A stretch of DNA of 64,000 nucleotides. Origin: Candidatus Woesearchaeota archaeon. Its GTDB lineage: Archaea > Nanobdellota > Nanobdellia > Pacearchaeales > GW2011-AR1. The notes beneath the pieces are model-generated. The model searched no databases. It had not been told where the DNA came from and was given only the letters and a program-made list of their open reading frames with translations. The stretch is from NCBI GenBank assembly GCA_964623495.1, contig CAZUTV010000001.1, forward strand, positions 44,682 through 108,681. The letters are read 5' to 3'. The position numbers and the translations under genes were made by a program. Of this stretch, positions 1 through 9,187 are shown piece by piece (position 1 is the first letter of the stretch; each line of letters starts with the position of its first letter).

Positions 1-2025
1 TTTCTCCTCAGCAAATTAGCATTGCTAACAACAGTTATTGAAGATGCAGCCATAGCAATTTCTGCAATTATTGGATGAAGAATTCCTCCAACAGCTAAAG
101 GAATAGCAACAACATTATAGGCAAAAGCCCAGAACAAGTTTTGTTTTATTTTTGAAAAAGTGGCTTTGCTTAATCTTATAGCAGCAACAACTCCCAACAA
201 AGAGCCTCTCGCTAATACTAAATCTCCTGCTTCTATTGCAATATCTGTTCCTGTTCCCATTGCAATTCCAACATTTGCCTGCTTTAATGCAGGAGCGTCA
301 TTAATTCCATCCCCAATAAATGCAACCATGCCTCTTTTTTGCAGTTCTATTACTTTATTTGCCTTGTCTTCTGGAAGAACATTTGCAATTACTTCTTTAA
401 TTCCAACTTCCTTAGCAATTGCTTTGGCAGTTCTTTCATTGTCTCCTGTAATCATAACTGTTTTATATCCTGCATAATTAAGCATTGAAATCGCTTTCAT
501 TGAGTCATCTTTAACAGCATCAGCAATCCCAATAATCCCAAGAACTTTTTTGTTTTCGGCAACAATTACAGCAGTATATCCAGAATCTTCAAATTCTTCA
601 ATATTCTTTTCAAGACCCTTTAAAAGTATGCCCTTTTCTTTCATTAATGTTGAGTTTCCAATAATAATATTCTTGCTTCCAATCTTTCCTTCAACACCCC
701 GTCCCCTTAAGATTTTGAATGATTTAACTTCTTTGTATCTCTTTAATCCTGCTTTTTGCACAATGGCCTTAGATAACGGATGCTCGCTTAGTTTTTCAAG
801 GCTTCCAGCAATTTCAAGCAAATAAGATTCTTTGACTTTAGAATAAATCTGCCTTACTTCTGGCTTTCCTTTTGTTATTGTTCCTGTTTTATCGAAAACA
901 ACATATTTTATCTCTTTCATTGTCTGGATTGCCTCTCCCTTTCTAATTAAAATTCCTTTTTTAGCTCCCATTCCGCTTCCCACAGTTAAAGCAATAGGAA
1001 CTGCAAGTCCTAAAGCACACGGACAAGCGATTACAAGAACAGAAATTGCAACCCCAATAGACCGCCCTATTTCTCCATTAAAGTACCACCAGCCGAAAAA
1101 TGTCAAAACAGCAACAACAAGTATTGATGGAACAAATATGCTTGTTATGTAATCTGCTGTTTTTTGTATTGGCACTTTTGTTCCTTGCGCTTCTTCAACC
1201 AATTCTATAATATGGGCAAGGAAAGTGTCTTTCCCTACTTTTGTGGTTTTAATATACAATATCCCATCTTGATTTAAGGTAGCTCCAATTACCGGACTTC
1301 CTTTTAATTTGTCAATAGGAAGACTTTCTCCGGTAACCATTGATTCATCAACAGCGCTCTCTCCCCTGACTACTATCCCATCTGTTGGAATCTTTTCCCC
1401 CGGCTTAACAATTAAAACATCTCCAACAACAACTTCTGAAATTGGGATTTCAACTTCTTCTTTGCCTCGCAAAACACGGGCATTTTTAGCTCCAAGTTCA
1501 AGCAGTTTTTTTATTTCTTGAGACGCTCTTCCTCTTGCCTTGGCTTCAATATATTTTCCTGTAATAAATATAGCCATAATCATTGCAGAAACCCCGGAAT
1601 AATCATTAATCTCCATAAAAAAGGTTAGTATTCCAGTTAGGTAAGCAATTATTGTTCCTAAAGAAATTAAAGAGTCCATATTAAAGTAAAATGTAAATAA
1701 CCCCCTAAATCCAGACTTTAAGGTTGAAAAGCCAAATATAAAAACAACAGGAAACCCAAGAATAAGTAAAATAGCAATTAGCCACTCTTCTGGCAAAAAC
1801 ATTAGATCAAAAACTCTCATAAGGACCATTATTATTGCAATAGGAATTGCAAAGATCCAACTGCCGACAAGTTTTCTTTTCCAGCCTCTGATTTCAGAAT
1901 CTTCTGCCGGCTTTGAATGATCATGATTATGGTTCATTCTAAGTTCTGGTTTGGGAATCTTTCTAAAAGGTTCAATTTCGTGATTTTTATTGTTCACTCT
2001 ATCATCTATTCTAAAGTGTTCCATT
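1..2025 (-). CDS. copA: Cu(I)-translocating P1B-type ATPase; 3' end runs past the window edge, which is why no ORF was reported
   Basis: Reverse-strand translation gives [16 protein letters not shown] (phosphorylation DKTGT), [18 protein letters not shown] and a His-rich N-terminus MNHNHDH. The plus-strand ORFs 160-2138 are its antisense. Confidence 0.85.
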
Positions 2026-2034
2026 TGATGTTTC

Positions 2035-2244
2035 TTAATCAATGCTTGTTACTCTGTATCCAACTTTTGCAACAGCTTTCTTTAATTCTTCATCACTTGC
2101 TTTTTCATCAGCTTCAACAAATGCCTTTTTTCCTATAACACTAACGCTGACTTCCTTGACTCCAGAAATCTTTTTCAAGCTTCTTTCAATGTTTGTTGCA
2201 CAGCTAGCACAATGCATTCCTTCTATGTTTATTTTTTTCTTCAT
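2035..2244 (-). CDS. copZ: HMA-domain copper chaperone (CopZ-like)
   Basis: [15 protein letters not shown] metal-binding MxCxxC motif; 69 aa ferredoxin-like HMA length; lies 10 nt upstream of copA. Confidence 0.8.
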   Translation of the reverse strand: MKKKINIEGMHCASCATNIERSLKKISGVKEVSVSVIGKKAFVEADEKASDEELKKAVAKVGYRVTSID

Positions 2245-2261
2245 TTTTTTATTTTATAAAT

Positions 2262-2498
2262 TTATCTTTTGTTGACTTGTTTTACTAACCAAACTACCCC
2301 TAATATGATAAATATCAATATTCCGATATTTGTAATGTAGCTAATTAATTGTCCATAGCCATATCCCCCAGATCCATAGTTCCAGTTCCCCATCATGTTG
2401 CAAATTCCCCAGCCGGAATTTCCTGTCCATGGAATCATTGCTATTGCTAATAAAATTACAGCCCCTAAAACTATCCAAACTATTCTTTGGTCTTTCAT
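2262..2498 (-). CDS. small two-TM protein with Gly/Tyr/Met/Cys-rich extracytoplasmic loop (candidate Cu-binding)
   Basis: TM-loop-TM topology; loop GNSGWGICNMMGNWNYGSGGYGYG; paralogue of 2572-2808. Confidence 0.5.
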   Translation of the reverse strand: MKDQRIVWIVLGAVILLAIAMIPWTGNSGWGICNMMGNWNYGSGGYGYGQLISYITNIGILIFIILGVVWLVKQVNKR

Positions 2499-2571
2499 TT
2501 TAATTTTTTAATTAATCTCCTATTTGAAAACTTTATTGTGAATTGTTGGTTTGGGAACCTTTTCAAAAGGT

Positions 2572-2808
2572 TCATTTTTGGATCTGCTTTACTAGCCAGA
2601 CAATGAATAAAACCGCCAAAACCAAAATAATTATATTAAATATCCATCCAAAAATCCAACCAGCTCCGTATCCATAGTTGCCAGACATCATACCCCACAT
2701 TCCACCAAAGTTGCCATATCCCATCATCCCATATCCAAATCCGCCAAAAAGCAACAAGATTAGGACGACCAAGACAACTATTAGGATAGTGTTATTATCC
2801 TCTTTCAT
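2572..2808 (-). CDS. small two-TM protein with Gly/Tyr/Met-rich loop, paralogue of 2262-2498
   Basis: Loop GGFGYGMMGYGNFGGMWGMMSGNYGYGAGW; same architecture and C-terminal WLVKQ motif. Confidence 0.5.
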   Translation of the reverse strand: MKEDNNTILIVVLVVLILLLFGGFGYGMMGYGNFGGMWGMMSGNYGYGAGWIFGWIFNIIILVLAVLFIVWLVKQIQK

Positions 2809-2809
2809 C

Positions 2810-3178
2810 TTATTTGCTTCCTCCTTTCATGTTATGCAATATGTGTATGCAATACTGCGACATGTGCTTATCAATAAGCTTCATTATTGGCTTTATTGTT
2901 TCTTCATTTAAGGAATAATAAATAAATTTCCCATCTCTTTCTGTTTTCACAAACCCGCATTGCCTTAATCTAGCAAGATCATGGGAAATTGCAGTTTGAT
3001 CCATTTTAAGTTCTCTCATTATTTCGCTAACATTCTTTTTCTCATTTCTCAATAAATTTATAATCTTTAGCCTTGACTCAGAAACCAATGTTCCAAAGAA
3101 GACTTTGTAAGCCCCATAAACTTCATTTTCATGAAACCCTTCTTTATGAACGTGATGTAACATGTTTTTATTAATCAT
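2810..3178 (-). CDS. ArsR/SmtB-family metalloregulator
   Basis: wHTH LKIINLLRNEKKNVSEIMRELKMDQTAISHDLARLRQCGFV. Confidence 0.75.
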   Translation of the reverse strand: MINKNMLHHVHKEGFHENEVYGAYKVFFGTLVSESRLKIINLLRNEKKNVSEIMRELKMDQTAISHDLARLRQCGFVKTERDGKFIYYSLNEETIKPIMKLIDKHMSQYCIHILHNMKGGSK

Positions 3179-3223
3179 ATGATAATCCCATACATATGTA
3201 TTTATAAATGTTTCGGTGTTTGA

Positions 3224-3679
3224 CTAGCCATTTTTTTTGAAAATCCATAAGCCAATAGCTAAAATTATCGCAATAAAGACTTGAATTTCAATTCCCCCAA
3301 AAGGAAGGCTTGCAAACGAAAACCCTATTCCCAAAGCACTAAAAATCATGGGAAACAAGCCAGTAACGCACAAAGGGCACACCCCAACAATTAATCCTCC
3401 CAAAGTTCCAACCCCCGCTGTTGCAACTGCTTTTCTGCATTTTTGCCTTTCTTTATATTTAACAAAAGCCGTTACAGCATTAATGGAAACTAGAATCCCG
3501 ATGACTAGAGTTAAAATTATCGAAATTCCAAGTTTAAGCCAGTTGACTGTGTCCGCATAAATTATAAACGACTTAATAGTGTTGTAAAAACCGCTAAAAA
3601 TAACATTCAAAATTATATAAACAATAAAAATTAAAAAAATCCAATAAATATATGGTTTTTTGAAAATTTTCATAATCAC
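3224..3679 (-). CDS. 4-TM membrane protein with CPLC motif (putative metal/thiol handling)
   Basis: GVCPLCVTG inside a TM helix; hydrophobic profile. Confidence 0.45.
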   Translation of the reverse strand: MIMKIFKKPYIYWIFLIFIVYIILNVIFSGFYNTIKSFIIYADTVNWLKLGISIILTLVIGILVSINAVTAFVKYKERQKCRKAVATAGVGTLGGLIVGVCPLCVTGLFPMIFSALGIGFSFASLPFGGIEIQVFIAIILAIGLWIFKKNG

Positions 3680-4074
3680 TCAACGATCAGCTTTCCAGAA
3701 CCCATTCCCATGGAGCACATAAAGACATAAGTTCCTTTTTCTTCAGGCGTAAATTCTACATAATCTTTTGGTGTTGGCAGTTGTTTGCTGATTCCTAGGG
3801 CCCTTATATTAAAACTTCTATAACATCCGTAAACACTCTTATCTAGGTAAATTCTTACAGGCAAACCGGCCTTTACAGTTACGGTATTAGGGTAATAATT
3901 AAAATTCTGCATGCTTAAGACAATTTCCTGAACATTTCCATCCACTATTCCCCCGTTTCCAGAAGGTTTCAAATCTTCGTTTCCTTGCCCGCTAACAAAA
4001 ATAAAGTATCCTAATACTACCACCGCAATTACCACTATGAAAAGCGTTATCTTCTTCATCCTCCGCAGCCACAC
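3676..4074 (-). CDS. secreted cupredoxin-like domain protein
   Basis: Signal anchor, then beta-rich domain ending FMCSMGMGSGKLIV (Cys/Met ligand pattern of cupredoxin-like Cu proteins). Confidence 0.55.
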   Translation of the reverse strand: MWLRRMKKITLFIVVIAVVVLGYFIFVSGQGNEDLKPSGNGGIVDGNVQEIVLSMQNFNYYPNTVTVKAGLPVRIYLDKSVYGCYRSFNIRALGISKQLPTPKDYVEFTPEEKGTYVFMCSMGMGSGKLIVE

Positions 4075-4526
4075 CCTCCGCCATTCGCCATTCCGCAGCT
4101 TGATCCGGTTTGGGTTTTTTGTTCAACGTAAGCTGGTTTTGTGCCGTCATTCTCCAGAACAGTAAAAGACCCTTGGTACATGTTCATTGAGCATGCTATA
4201 TTGAAAGTTCCTGCTTTATTTGGAGTAAATTCTATTACATTATCTGAGCTAGATAAGCTCTTTCTTATATTAAATGCAGAGATAACAACCGATTTAGAAC
4301 AACCAGGCATTTTGCTTATATCTGCTTCTATTCTTACAGGAGTATCTTTCTTGATTGTTGAAGGACTTAAGATATAGTTTCCTCCTTCGACAGAGAGCTT
4401 GACAATCTGCACATTTTCATTTGCAATAACATTCCCTGTTGTTGCGCTTCCTGAATTTGTGAATACAAATACTGCAGCCACTAAAACAATCATTCCTATT
4501 CCAATAATTGCTGTTTTGTTTTTCAT
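4056..4526 (-). CDS. secreted cupredoxin-like protein with C-terminal Cys/Gly tail
   Basis: Paralogue of 3676-4074 (IACSMNMYQGSFTV); tail SSCGMANGGGCGCGG; overlaps the downstream gene by 19 nt. Confidence 0.55.
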   Translation of the reverse strand: MKNKTAIIGIGMIVLVAAVFVFTNSGSATTGNVIANENVQIVKLSVEGGNYILSPSTIKKDTPVRIEADISKMPGCSKSVVISAFNIRKSLSSSDNVIEFTPNKAGTFNIACSMNMYQGSFTVLENDGTKPAYVEQKTQTGSSCGMANGGGCGCGG

Positions 4527-4593
4527 CTTTTATTTACCTCCTTCTCTTTAAATCTGGTTTCCAATTGATTTAAATGCTTTGATGCAATCAGTT

Positions 4594-5277
4594 TCATCCA
4601 AATAATGCACTCCTTGGTCCAAAAACCATAAGCCAGCTAGTAGCCAAGGTTAACACTAAACTGGTGACTATTGCTATAAAATGATCTTCCTTTACCTGCC
4701 TATCACTTTCTTTGGTTTCTGTAAATATCATGTAATTTAATGAGGCAAGAATCACAGTACATACCCCGAAGATGATAATGCTTGCAATTTTCAGATTGTC
4801 ATTTATTAACATTACTGCAGTCATTGCGCCCATCCAGCCACCCATAAAACCCGCCATTATACCTTCCATGAATCCCATTACTCCACAGCAAGATCCCATC
4901 CAGATTCCAAGGACAATCCCTACAGCCATTCCAAAAACTCCCCCAATAAACATCCCGTTAGTTGCTCCCATGAAATATCCTGCCAAAAACCCGGCTATCA
5001 TTCCAATAGTCATCCCAACCATCATGCCAGACATGCACGCCATTTGCTTATATGCCCTAATCTGTTTTATTGTTGGAATAACGAGCGCATAGCTTAAGAC
5101 CGCAAATAAAAGGTAAAATCCGTATTTAGGAATAAAATTCTCGACATATCTTAATTTAAAATAATAAAATAAGGCAAGGACTATCAGAGATGTAATAAGT
5201 GAGTAAAATATGGTTTTAATTAACTCTCCTTCTACCCTATTTCCATTCAATTCTTTAGTGAATTCTTTAAACGACAT
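4594..5277 (-). CDS. membrane protein with Met/Gly-zipper TM helices
   Basis: CMSGMMVGMTIGMIAGFLAGYFMGATNGMFIGGVFGMAVGIVLGIWMGSCCGVMGFMEGIMAGFMGGWMGAM. Confidence 0.5.
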   Translation of the reverse strand: MSFKEFTKELNGNRVEGELIKTIFYSLITSLIVLALFYYFKLRYVENFIPKYGFYLLFAVLSYALVIPTIKQIRAYKQMACMSGMMVGMTIGMIAGFLAGYFMGATNGMFIGGVFGMAVGIVLGIWMGSCCGVMGFMEGIMAGFMGGWMGAMTAVMLINDNLKIASIIIFGVCTVILASLNYMIFTETKESDRQVKEDHFIAIVTSLVLTLATSWLMVFGPRSALFG

Positions 5278-5329
5278 GATATTATGGCTTTTTATTCATT
5301 TAAATAATTTATGAAGTAACTGGTTTCAA

Positions 5330-5359
5330 GGTATAATAAAATAAAAATAAAATAAAAAA
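5330..5359 (-). terminator. oligo-T terminator downstream of the DsbA-like gene
   Basis: Minus strand reads ATTTTTTATTTTATTTTTATTTTATT immediately after the stop. Confidence 0.35.
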
Positions 5360-6061
5360 TTATTTTGCAAGCTCTGCGTCAATTGCCTGCTTGAATACTT
5401 CGTATGGTTGTGCACCGCTTATGAATGCCCCATTAACAAAAAACCCGGGAGTTCCCTGAACCCCATAGCTTTGCCCGTCAGTCATGTCTTTTCTTATTTC
5501 GCCTGCCATCTGTCCAGAGTCAAGACAGCTGTTGAACTTGCCTATATTGAGCCCTATCTGCTGAGCATAAGCCTTCAAGCTATTCACATCTAATGCTTTC
5601 TGGTTTGTAAAAAGCTTGTCATGCATTTCATAATATTTTCCCTGCTCTCCAGCACACTCCGCAGCTTCTGCTGCTTTTTGAGCATTAGGGTGGAAGCTTA
5701 ATGGAAAGTCTCTGAAAACAATTCTTACTTTTCCGGTATCAACATATTCCTTCTTTATTTGTGGATATGTCTGGCTGAAGTGCCTACCGCAATACGGACA
5801 TTCATAGTCACTGAATTCAACCATTGTTACTTCTGCATCTTTGTTGCCAAGAATGGCGTCGTCATCAATGCTTACCTGAACTTTTGAAGGCTCAGGACTA
5901 GGTACACTATCTCCTGCAACTGCATTGCCTGTCACGCTTCCTCCACTCATTCCAAATCCGCCAGTGAATAGGCTTATGACAAATAATGCTGCAAAAAGGA
6001 AGGTTCCTATCTGCCACATAGTGTGTTTTTTAACAGTTATTGATTCTTCTCTTTGTTCCAT
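5360..6061 (-). CDS. DsbA-like thiol:disulfide oxidoreductase, membrane-anchored
   Basis: Thioredoxin-fold CPYC active site (FSDYECPYCGRHF); N-terminal TM; likely start at internal MWQIG. Confidence 0.75.
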   Translation of the reverse strand: MEQREESITVKKHTMWQIGTFLFAALFVISLFTGGFGMSGGSVTGNAVAGDSVPSPEPSKVQVSIDDDAILGNKDAEVTMVEFSDYECPYCGRHFSQTYPQIKKEYVDTGKVRIVFRDFPLSFHPNAQKAAEAAECAGEQGKYYEMHDKLFTNQKALDVNSLKAYAQQIGLNIGKFNSCLDSGQMAGEIRKDMTDGQSYGVQGTPGFFVNGAFISGAQPYEVFKQAIDAELAK

Positions 6062-6125
6062 CTTTTTTACCTCCTTACATCTTTTTGAATAAAAAGTGTT
6101 CTTGGTTTACCAAGTCCGGACAAAC

Positions 6126-6599
6126 TTAGTCCTTTAGGACTACGATGTTATTCATCCCCCTTCGTTTTCTTTCAATCAACTGCTTGGACTCTAGCTTGTC
6201 AAGAAGTCTCGTCATCTTAACCTTGCCAATTTGAAGTTTTTCCATTACATCTGCCTGAAACATTGCATTTCCTTCTTTAGATAATAAATCAACAACAAGT
6301 TTCTCTTCTTTTTCTAAGCCAGAAATATCAAGCTTCTTCTTCTTTTCTGTAATATTCTTCACAACAATTTTTTCTTTTGGTTTTGAAAACATAATGAATA
6401 AGCCTATAATAACGATAACTCCTATAATTGTTACACTAATCCAAGTCTGAGTTCTTATTGTCCCATACATGCCACAACTCGGGCCGTGCGTGCAGGTTTG
6501 ACTAACTATATCTTTTAATCCAAAATTGAATAAAAGTACAACTGCTAGCATTATTACTGCAATTCCTAAGATTAACCAACCAACTTGTTTATTTTCCAT
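6126..6599 (-). CDS. membrane-tethered winged-helix regulator
   Basis: Two N-terminal TM segments flanking CTHGPSCGMYG, then C-terminal wHTH MTRLLDKLESKQLIERKRRGMNNIVVL. Confidence 0.55.
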   Translation of the reverse strand: MENKQVGWLILGIAVIMLAVVLLFNFGLKDIVSQTCTHGPSCGMYGTIRTQTWISVTIIGVIVIIGLFIMFSKPKEKIVVKNITEKKKKLDISGLEKEEKLVVDLLSKEGNAMFQADVMEKLQIGKVKMTRLLDKLESKQLIERKRRGMNNIVVLKD

Positions 6600-6891
6600 T
6601 TTTTTTGTTTAACCTCTTTAGCAATTCATTCATGTCTCTTTTACTCATTCCGTGAACCATACATCCTTCTTCAATTGTTTCAGCCATGGACATTGGACAT
6701 CCGATACAGTGAAACCCAATATCAAAAAGCAGGTCTGCGGCTTCTGGATTTAGGTACATTATCTCTGCAATCCTTGTGTCTTTAGTAATTTCTTTCTGTA
6801 CGGCAGTGCTTTGTTTAGACATTTTGGGTGAATCCTTAGTTGTCACAACAACATTTATGGCCCTTATTGCAGTTGCAGTCCTCTCCATCAC
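6589..6891 (-). CDS. DUF1858-type redox-disulfide domain protein (start probably at internal MSKQ, 6822)
   Basis: FHCIGCPMSMAETIEEGCMVHG motif. Confidence 0.6.
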   Translation of the reverse strand: MMERTATAIRAINVVVTTKDSPKMSKQSTAVQKEITKDTRIAEIMYLNPEAADLLFDIGFHCIGCPMSMAETIEEGCMVHGMSKRDMNELLKRLNKKNGK

Positions 6892-6940
6892 AGCAGTCTT
6901 TCTCTTTGTCTTTCTTTTGCTTTGGTTTTTTCTTCTCCAT
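6836..6940 (-). CDS. candidate 34-aa Lys-rich / Cys-rich metallothionein-like peptide
   Basis: MEKKKPKQKKDKEKDCCDGEDCNCNKGHKCCCDN; it is an internal-Met sub-ORF of the 71-aa track ORF 6836-7051 and sits between the DUF1858 gene and the ArsR gene. Confidence 0.25.
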   Translation of the reverse strand: MEKKKPKQKKDKEKDCCDGEDCNCNKGHKCCCDN

Positions 6941-7001
6941 CTTTCGTTTCCTTGTTTTTGTAAAATGAGTTATGCGGAATCTCTTGATTCCAAATTTTCC
7001 A

Positions 7002-7307
7002 TTAGTGACATTCGCAATTGCAATTAGGTTTGTTACAACAACATCTTGCATGTTTATCTGTCATCTCAAGCATTGGGATCACTGTTTTACTGAGAGAATA
7101 TATCCTTTCCTTGCCTTTCTGCTTAGAATTGACGATTCTGCATTTTTTTAGGGATGCAAGCGCATGAGAAAGCTTGCTTTGTTCAACTTTAAGCTCCTTT
7201 ACAAGCTCGCTAACATTTTTGTCCTTATTTCTCAAACTAAGAATTATCTCAATCTTTAACGGATTAGCAAGGTTCGTAAAAAATGTACAATAAAAGTGTT
7301 TCTGCAT
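7002..7307 (-). CDS. ArsR/SmtB-family regulator with C-terminal Cys cluster
   Basis: HTH NVSELVKELKVEQSKLSHALASLKKCRIV; tail CCCNKPNCNCECH. Confidence 0.7.
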   Translation of the reverse strand: MQKHFYCTFFTNLANPLKIEIILSLRNKDKNVSELVKELKVEQSKLSHALASLKKCRIVNSKQKGKERIYSLSKTVIPMLEMTDKHARCCCNKPNCNCECH

Positions 7308-7449
7308 ATATGAATCCTAGTTCATATGACTTTATAAATCTTGCGAAGATAAAGTTAAAAAATGAATAAGTAACAACTTTTAATTAAGTACGCCTTTATA
7401 GTTACAACAGTATACAAATATTTATAAATCAAAAAGAAAGAGTATTTTC

Positions 7450-7938
7450 ATGAGTTCAAGCACAGGGTTGATAATTGTTGTTACAATCGCTTTAATTGCC
7501 GTAGTTCTTATAGGCGGCTATTTATTGCTAGGCGATTTTTCAAGTTATGATGAAGATCAAGATTATGTTGCTCCTAGCAATTCTTTCGATCAAGAGCTTT
7601 CTAACCTAAGAGAAGCAAATTTTCAATTGAGCATGCAGCTTAGCAATGCCCAAAACGAAATTAAGAACTTAAAATCTCAGCAAAACCAATACTCTCAAGC
7701 ATCAACCGATGACAGAAAATGCAGCAACCTTGATGATGACTATGATGAAATTAAGGAAGACATAGATGATAAAGAAGAGGATATTGAAGACTTAGAGGAT
7801 GAAATAGACAGGAAAATACTCAATAACGAAACAGTGACTGACTTGCAAAACAGATTAGACAACTTATACGAAGATTTAGATGACCTTGAAAATGATCTTG
7901 ATGACATCAAGGACGATTTAGACAGATATAACTGCTGA
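7450..7938 (+). CDS. N-terminal TM anchor plus acidic coiled-coil protein
   Basis: TM helix, then highly acidic heptad-like region (DDDYDEIKEDIDDKEEDIEDLEDEID). Confidence 0.45.
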   Translation: MSSSTGLIIVVTIALIAVVLIGGYLLLGDFSSYDEDQDYVAPSNSFDQELSNLREANFQLSMQLSNAQNEIKNLKSQQNQYSQASTDDRKCSNLDDDYDEIKEDIDDKEEDIEDLEDEIDRKILNNETVTDLQNRLDNLYEDLDDLENDLDDIKDDLDRYNC

Positions 7939-7941
7939 ATT

Positions 7942-9084
7942 CTAAAAAGAAAATCTTCTTAACTTACTAATTATCTTTTCCAACTTCTCAAGAACAAAAT
8001 CCAATTCTTCTTTTGTAGTATACTTGCTTATACTGATCCTTACGCTTGATGCAATTTCCTTGTCGGTTCGTCCGATTGCCTTTAATACGTGACTTTTGGC
8101 GCCAGTATGCGAACTGCAAGCACTTCCAGTAGATGTATAAATTCCTTCATTCTCTAAATACCCTCCAAGCGCTTCTCCTTCAACTTCTTCAATACATAAA
8201 TTGATATTATTGGCTAGTCTATTTTTTCCAGAAGGGCCGTTTAACTCAACTCTTTCAATTTTCAAGACTTTACTTAAAAAATAATCTCTTAACTCTTCCA
8301 TTCTTTTAACGTCTTTAGAATTAGCAATTTCAACAGCCTTGGCAAACCCAACAATCCCAGAAACATTTTCAGTCCCTGATCTGAAGCCTCTTTCATGTCC
8401 ACCCCCATGGAAAAATGGATCAATTTTGATTCCTTCTCTTATATACAAAGCTCCAACACCCTTAGGACCGTGAATTTTGTGCCCGTTAAGAGTCATTAAG
8501 TCAATATTCATTTTTCTTACATCTATTGGGACCTTAGTAAAGCTCTGGCACGCATCTGTATGGAATAAAACCCCTTTTTTCTTGCAGATTTTTCCAATTT
8601 CTTCAAGATTTTGTATGGTTCCTATCTCATTGTTTCCGTGAATTATTGAAACAAGAAATGTTTTGTCAGTAATTGCCTTTTCAACATCTTTGGGATTAAC
8701 AAAACCCTCTGAATCAACATCTAAATAAGTAACTTTAGCAACATGCTTTTCAAGATATCTGCAAGTGTTCATAACACAATCATGATCGATTTTGGTTGTT
8801 ATTATATGGTTTTTTGAAGGATAATTCGCATAACAAAGTCCTGTAATTGCAAAATTGTTGCTTTCAGTTCCTCCTGATGTAAAAACAATCTCGTTAGCCT
8901 TTGCATTTATTGCTTTGGCAATAATTTTTCTAGAATTCTCTAAAGCCTGTTTAGCTTGTTGCCCAAAAATATGAACACTCGAAGCATTTCCATATTTTTC
9001 ATTAAAGTAAGGAGTCATTTCTCTAAGCACTTGATCATCTACTTTAGTTGTAGCTGCATTGTCTAGATATATTGTCTTGGGCAT
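7942..9084 (-). CDS. cysteine desulfurase (class V aminotransferase, NifS/IscS/SufS-like)
   Basis: PLP-lysine region LNGHKIHGPKGVGALY; SGGTESN; active-site Cys loop TGSACSS. Confidence 0.85.
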   Translation of the reverse strand: MPKTIYLDNAATTKVDDQVLREMTPYFNEKYGNASSVHIFGQQAKQALENSRKIIAKAINAKANEIVFTSGGTESNNFAITGLCYANYPSKNHIITTKIDHDCVMNTCRYLEKHVAKVTYLDVDSEGFVNPKDVEKAITDKTFLVSIIHGNNEIGTIQNLEEIGKICKKKGVLFHTDACQSFTKVPIDVRKMNIDLMTLNGHKIHGPKGVGALYIREGIKIDPFFHGGGHERGFRSGTENVSGIVGFAKAVEIANSKDVKRMEELRDYFLSKVLKIERVELNGPSGKNRLANNINLCIEEVEGEALGGYLENEGIYTSTGSACSSHTGAKSHVLKAIGRTDKEIASSVRISISKYTTKEELDFVLEKLEKIISKLRRFSF

Positions 9085-9187
9085 GATAAATCAAGAAATG
9101 ATTGATATATAAGATTTTCTAGTTACCCCTTCATAAATCCAACACGTCTTAAAAAACCTTAAATACTACCAATTTACTCTCAAAATC

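Noticed and set aside
160-2275. Plus-strand ORFs 160-477, 550-825, 1309-1521, 1917-2138 and 2042-2275
   Set aside because: They are antisense to the copA and copZ genes, whose reverse-strand translation gives DKTGT, CPC and the other P-type ATPase motifs. The compositions are low-complexity and non-protein-like.
6836-7051. Full-length 71-aa ORF
   Set aside because: Its N-terminal half overlaps the 3' end of the ArsR gene in another frame. Only the C-terminal 34-codon sub-ORF is plausible as an independent gene.
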